Origin: an uncultured delta proteobacterium
GTDB taxonomy: Bacteria; Myxococcota_A; Polyangia; Fen-1088
Length of the DNA stretch: 64,000 nt
Assembly: GCA_963767925.1 (NCBI GenBank)
Contig: CAVYGB010000010.1
Location: 800,001 to 864,000, forward strand
Direction: 5' to 3'
Of the stretch, positions 59,849 to 64,000 are shown piece after piece. The translations under genes and the position numbers were made by a program. Within the stretch, counting starts at the first letter, position 1. Each line of letters starts with the position of its first letter. Below the pieces are notes generated by a model. It did not search any database. It saw only the letters and a list, made by a program, of their open reading frames with translations, and was not told the origin of the DNA.

Positions 59849-60478
59849 TCATTTGGTGCCGAACAGGCGATCGCCGGCGTCGCCCAGGCCGGGCAAGATG
59901 TAGCCGTTGTCGTCGAGGCGCTCGTCGACGGCGGCGGTGAAGATGGGCACGTCGGGGTGGCTCTCGTGGAAGTTGGTCACCCCCTCGGGCGCCGCCACCA
60001 GGCAGACCAGGCGCACCGACTTGGGGCCGGCGGCCTTGATGCGATCGACGGCGGCCACCGCCGAGTTGCCGGTGGCGAGCAGCGGGTCGGCCAGGATGAC
60101 GTCGCGGTCGTTCATCTCGCCGGGCATCTTGTAGTAGTACTCCACCGCCCCCAGGGTGTCGGGGTCGCGGTAGACGCCGATGTGCCCCACCCGGGCCGAG
60201 GGCAAGATGCGCAACATGCCGTCGACGATGCCGATCCCGGCGCGCAGGATCGGGATGAGGACGATCTTCTTGCCCTCGAGCATGACCCCCCGCGTGTGGG
60301 CCATCGGGGTCTCGACGTCGACCTCGACCAGCGGCAGATCGCGCGTCACCTCGTAGGCCAGCAACATGCTGATCTCCGCCACGAGGTTGCGGAAGGAGTG
60401 GGTGCTGAGGTCCTTCTGCCGCAGCAGGGTCAGCTTGTGCTGCACGAGGGGGTGTTTGATGACGTGGACTTCGGGCAT
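59849..60478 (-). CDS. upp: uracil phosphoribosyltransferase
   Basis: [41 protein letters not shown]. Confidence 0.97.
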   Translation of the reverse strand: MPEVHVIKHPLVQHKLTLLRQKDLSTHSFRNLVAEISMLLAYEVTRDLPLVEVDVETPMAHTRGVMLEGKKIVLIPILRAGIGIVDGMLRILPSARVGHIGVYRDPDTLGAVEYYYKMPGEMNDRDVILADPLLATGNSAVAAVDRIKAAGPKSVRLVCLVAAPEGVTNFHESHPDVPIFTAAVDERLDDNGYILPGLGDAGDRLFGTK

Positions 60479-60488
60479 GGGGAAATCC

Positions 60489-61709
60489 TCAGAATACGGT
60501 GCCGTCGCTCTCGACTTCGAGGGGCGGGCGGCCATCGGGGCGCTTCTCCCGGGCCAGGACCCGCCCGGCCTGCCAGGTGCCGCCCTCGAGCACCTTGGCC
60601 AGCGGCAGGGCGGCCGCCTCCAGGCCCACGCGCAAGCGCAGCTCGGCGGCCGTGCGATCGAGCAGGGCCACCGTGAGGGCCCGCCACTCCACCACCAGCG
60701 GCGAGCCAACCGGGTGGACCTGGCCGCGAGCGAGGACCTCTTTCGAGCGGGGGACCAGCACGCCCCCGTCGAGGAAGAGGCCGCCGTTGCGGTATTCGGC
60801 CAGGCCGGTCAGATCGTCGAGGTCGATGACCCGCACCCCGGCGGCGGCGAGCGGCTCGATCAGCGAGTAGGTCAACCACTGCGACAGCTTGTGGAAGGGG
60901 ACCAGGCCGATCTGGGGGTGGGGCCAGGTGTCGCCGAGGTTGATCCCCTGGGCCTCGTGACGGCCGGGCCAGATCGGGCCCAGGCCGTCGAGGACGGCGG
61001 CGAACACAACCCGGGCGGGCAAGGTGCCGTCGGGGGCCTGGCCCAGCAGGAAGGCGCCGAGGTTGCCCACCCGTGGGACCGGCCCGGGGAAGAGGCGCGG
61101 CGCCCGCTGCACCACCTCGCCGAGGCGGCGGAGCAGCGCGGCCCGCCCGGCCAGCCCCACCAGGCCGGGGGAGGCCGATCCCGGCTCGGACTGGAACAGG
61201 GTGCCGAGGGTGGCCTCGCTGACCGCCGCCAGGCCATCGGCATCGGCGCGCAGGGGGTGCCCGGCGGGATCGCTGGAGAAGGCCCCGCCCAGGAAGGCGT
61301 GGTAGCTGGCCACCGCCAGCCCCTCGGAGCGGGTGAACACCCGCCCGGTGCGGGGCTCGCGATAGGACCAGCGGGGCCCCGCCCCGGCGTCGAGCAGCAC
61401 GCTCGTCACGACGAGATCGAGGCGGGCGCGCAGGGCCTCCTCGCGCGAGAGGTCGGCCAGCCGGCGCTCGAAGGGCTCGAGGCGATCGATGCCTCCGGCG
61501 CCGAAGTGGCGCCAGCGGGCGTGGGGCGGGATGGCGCGCAGGTCGGGGTAGTTGCTGCGGGTGACGGCGAGGACCCGATCGACGAGGCCGGGGAGCCGGT
61601 CGAGGTCGAGGGAGAAGGCGGAGAGGGCGCCCCGCTCGGCGAGGGCGAACATCGCCTGGGCCCGCTCGCGCACCGCCCGCGCGCTGCGGAGGTAACCGGC
61701 CTCGCTCAC
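60489..61709 (-). CDS. URC4/Urg3 family protein (DUF1688)
   Basis: [76 protein letters not shown] overlap with the upstream gene. Confidence 0.9.
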   Translation of the reverse strand: MSEAGYLRSARAVRERAQAMFALAERGALSAFSLDLDRLPGLVDRVLAVTRSNYPDLRAIPPHARWRHFGAGGIDRLEPFERRLADLSREEALRARLDLVVTSVLLDAGAGPRWSYREPRTGRVFTRSEGLAVASYHAFLGGAFSSDPAGHPLRADADGLAAVSEATLGTLFQSEPGSASPGLVGLAGRAALLRRLGEVVQRAPRLFPGPVPRVGNLGAFLLGQAPDGTLPARVVFAAVLDGLGPIWPGRHEAQGINLGDTWPHPQIGLVPFHKLSQWLTYSLIEPLAAAGVRVIDLDDLTGLAEYRNGGLFLDGGVLVPRSKEVLARGQVHPVGSPLVVEWRALTVALLDRTAAELRLRVGLEAAALPLAKVLEGGTWQAGRVLAREKRPDGRPPLEVESDGTVF

Positions 61710-62977
61710 TCGGTCAGACCCCGGCCCTTGGGCTGGCTGAGCTCGTTGCCGTCGGGCACCGGGCCCTCGGTGTAGTAGCCAGCCGCCTTCTTGGCGTCCA
61801 TCTCGACCCGGGCGTCCTCGGGGATGAGGCTGGCCGGGATGGCGACCCGCTCGACGATCGGGATCCCGGAGCGCACGATGGCGTCGTACTTCAGGTTGCT
61901 CATCGAGACGAAGCGGTCGATCTTGCTGATGCCGAGCCAGTGCAACACGTCGGGCATCAGCTCCTGAAAGCGCATGTCCTGCACGCCGGCGACGCACTCG
62001 GTGCGGGCGAAGTACTGGGCGGCGCTGTCCCCACCCTTCTGGCGCTTGCGGGCGTTGTAGACCAGGAACTTGGTGACCTCGCCGAGGGCCCGGCCCTCCT
62101 TGCGGTTGTAGACGATGACCCCCGCCCCGCCGGCCTGGGCGGTGCGCACGCACTCCTCGATCCCGTGGGCCAGGTAGGGCCGGCAGGTGCAGATGTCCGA
62201 GCCGAACACGTCCGAGCCGTTGCACTCGTCGTGGACCCGCGCGGCCAGCGGGCGGCTGGGGTCGGCGATGGTCTGCACGTCGCCGAACATGTAGACGGTC
62301 ATGCCGCCGATGGGGGGCAAGAACACCGCCAGGTCGCGGCGGGTGACCAGCTCGGGGAACATGCCGGCGGTGTGCTCGAACAGGGTGCGGCGGAGGTGGG
62401 TCTCGGAGCAGGCGAAGCGGCGGGCGATCTCGGGCAGGTACCAGACCGGCTCGAGGGCCGCCTTTGTCACGACGACGTTGTTGCCCTCGCGCAGGACCTT
62501 GCCGTCGATCTGCAGCCGCCCGGCCTCGATGGCGTCGTCGAGCTCGGGCAGGCGGATGTGGGCCTTGGTGATGGCGATGGTGGGGCGAATGTCATAGCCC
62601 TGCTCGAAGAAGGGCTGGAAGGCCGCGCTCACGACCGCTCCGTAAGGATCGATGGAGACGATGCGCTGGGGGTCGGACCACTGGGGGTGAGGGCCGACCG
62701 GCTCGGCGGGGGCGGTGTCGGTGAGGTCGGGCTTGCGCAGGGGATCGAGGGCGCCGGCGGCGACCGCCACCGCCCGGTAGACCGAATACGATCCGGAGTG
62801 GGTGCCGATGGCGTTGCGCTGGGCGAGGTTGCTGACGGTGGCGATCACCGGGCCCCGGGTGGTGGCGTCGGCGGCGCCCCACACGATGGGGGTGGGCTTG
62901 GGGCCGTGCCGTCCCGGGTGGGAGGTGAGGACGATCTTGGCCTGCTTGGGGCGGGTGCTCTTGGGGGTGGCTGACAC
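61706..62977 (-). CDS. GTP cyclohydrolase II-like protein, URC1/Urg1 type with N-terminal extension
   Basis: RNAIGTHSGSY, DIRPTIAITKAH, RVHDECNGSDVFGSDICTCRPYL, RKEGRALGEVTK, SMSNLKY. Confidence 0.9.
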   Translation of the reverse strand: MSATPKSTRPKQAKIVLTSHPGRHGPKPTPIVWGAADATTRGPVIATVSNLAQRNAIGTHSGSYSVYRAVAVAAGALDPLRKPDLTDTAPAEPVGPHPQWSDPQRIVSIDPYGAVVSAAFQPFFEQGYDIRPTIAITKAHIRLPELDDAIEAGRLQIDGKVLREGNNVVVTKAALEPVWYLPEIARRFACSETHLRRTLFEHTAGMFPELVTRRDLAVFLPPIGGMTVYMFGDVQTIADPSRPLAARVHDECNGSDVFGSDICTCRPYLAHGIEECVRTAQAGGAGVIVYNRKEGRALGEVTKFLVYNARKRQKGGDSAAQYFARTECVAGVQDMRFQELMPDVLHWLGISKIDRFVSMSNLKYDAIVRSGIPIVERVAIPASLIPEDARVEMDAKKAAGYYTEGPVPDGNELSQPKGRGLTE

Positions 62978-63000
62978 GTCGGGTTCCTTCGGGGGCGCGC

Positions 63001-64000
63001 TCAGGACATCCAGTTCGCGTCGGCGGCGGGCGCCCACTTCGTCGTGATCTTCTTGAGGCGGCTCCAGAACTCGACGGCGGGGCGACCGGTGATGTCGCCG
63101 CTGCCGAACTTGGAGTCCTTGCTGCCTCCGAAGGAGAAGGGCTCGCGGGGGACGGGGACGCCGACGTTGACCCCCACCATGCCGCTCTCGGCCCGCTCGG
63201 CCACGTGGCGCGCCACCGACCCGCTGGTCGTGAAGACGCTGGTGGCGTTGCCGTAGGGGCTGGCCGCCTCGAGGGCGAGGGCCGCCTCCAGGGTCGGCAC
63301 CCGCAACACGGTGAGGACCGGCCCGAACAGCTCGCTGCGGGCGCAGTCCATGTCGGGGCGGGCCTGGTCGATCACGGTGGGGCCGAGCCAGCTCCCCCCT
63401 TCGTAGCCGGGGGGCGGGGGGCGCCGGCGGCCGTCGACCAGGACGCGGGCCCCTTCCCGCTCGGCCCGGTCGATGGCGGCGGTCAGGCGCTCGCGGGCGG
63501 CGGCGTCGATGAGGGCGCCCATGCCGGGCCCCAGCTCGATGCGGGCGGCCTCCTCGGCGATCTGCCCGACCAGGTGATCGACGGGGCCCACCGCGACGAG
63601 CACGCTCGAGGCCATGCAGCGCTGGCCGGCGCAGCCGGTGAACGAGTCGACAACCCCCCGCACGGTGACCCCCGGCTCGGCGTCGGGCACAACGATGAGG
63701 TGGTTCTTGGCCCCGCCCAGGCAGAGGGCGCGCTTGCCCCGGGCGGTGGCCCGCTCGTAGATGGCGCGGGCGGCGGCGGTCGAGCCAACGAAGGCCACCG
63801 CGGCGACGTCGGGGTGCTCGGCGAGGGCGAGGGCGGCCTGCTTGTCCCCCTGGACCAGGGAGAAGACGCCGGGGGGGAAGCCCGCCTCCAGCATCAGCTC
63901 GCCCAGGCGGGTGGCCGTCTGGGGCACCTTCTCCGAGGGCTTGAGGATGAAGGCGTTGCCCACCGTGACGGCGATGGGGAACATCCAGAGGGGGACCATG
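63001..64000 (-). CDS. mmsA: CoA-acylating (methyl)malonate-semialdehyde dehydrogenase, 5' part outside window
   Basis: MVPLWMFP, LKPSEK, FVGST, LGGAKNH, GCAGQRCMA, ELFGP, VGVNVGVPVP. Confidence 0.9.
   Translation of the reverse strand, partial: MVPLWMFPIAVTVGNAFILKPSEKVPQTATRLGELMLEAGFPPGVFSLVQGDKQAALALAEHPDVAAVAFVGSTAAARAIYERATARGKRALCLGGAKNHLIVVPDAEPGVTVRGVVDSFTGCAGQRCMASSVLVAVGPVDHLVGQIAEEAARIELGPGMGALIDAAARERLTAAIDRAEREGARVLVDGRRRPPPPGYEGGSWLGPTVIDQARPDMDCARSELFGPVLTVLRVPTLEAALALEAASPYGNATSVFTTSGSVARHVAERAESGMVGVNVGVPVPREPFSFGGSKDSKFGSGDITGRPAVEFWSRLKKITTKWAPAADANWMS

Noticed and set aside
62100..62240. Calling the cyclohydrolase ribA (riboflavin synthesis)
   Set aside because: The long N-terminal extension and the urc4/upp context indicate the URC1 subfamily

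Overview
A 64 kb, roughly 70-75% GC chromosomal segment, most likely from a myxobacterium (Myxococcota). This is inferred from MYXO-CTERM-like GC(x)C-TM-basic tails, an FHA-sigma54 activator, eukaryotic-like Ser/Thr kinases and many Cys-rich or Gly-rich lipoproteins. About 51 genes can be supported. Core genes: lysA, greA/B, rpmE, prfA, pdxJ, large-type purL, upp. Other blocks: a TetR-CYP102 (P450 BM3-like) operon with a perfect 18-bp operator; a vWA/Cys-rich/MYXO-CTERM plus Cys-rich/FGE-fold surface pair; an Omp85-DUF4390-histidine kinase operon; several secreted hydrolases and lectins; an IS66 remnant; a kinase/pseudokinase pair beside an orphan FliJ/SctO-like gene; and, at the right end, an apparent six-gene uracil-catabolism (URC-type) operon extended with a CoA-acylating semialdehyde dehydrogenase and pxpA/pxpC but no pxpB. 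Eight genes carry single-base frameshifts (purL about 15), which mostly look like long-read consensus errors. No rRNA, tRNA, CRISPR array or intact mobile element was seen. Family calls come from motif recognition by eye; no database searches were run.
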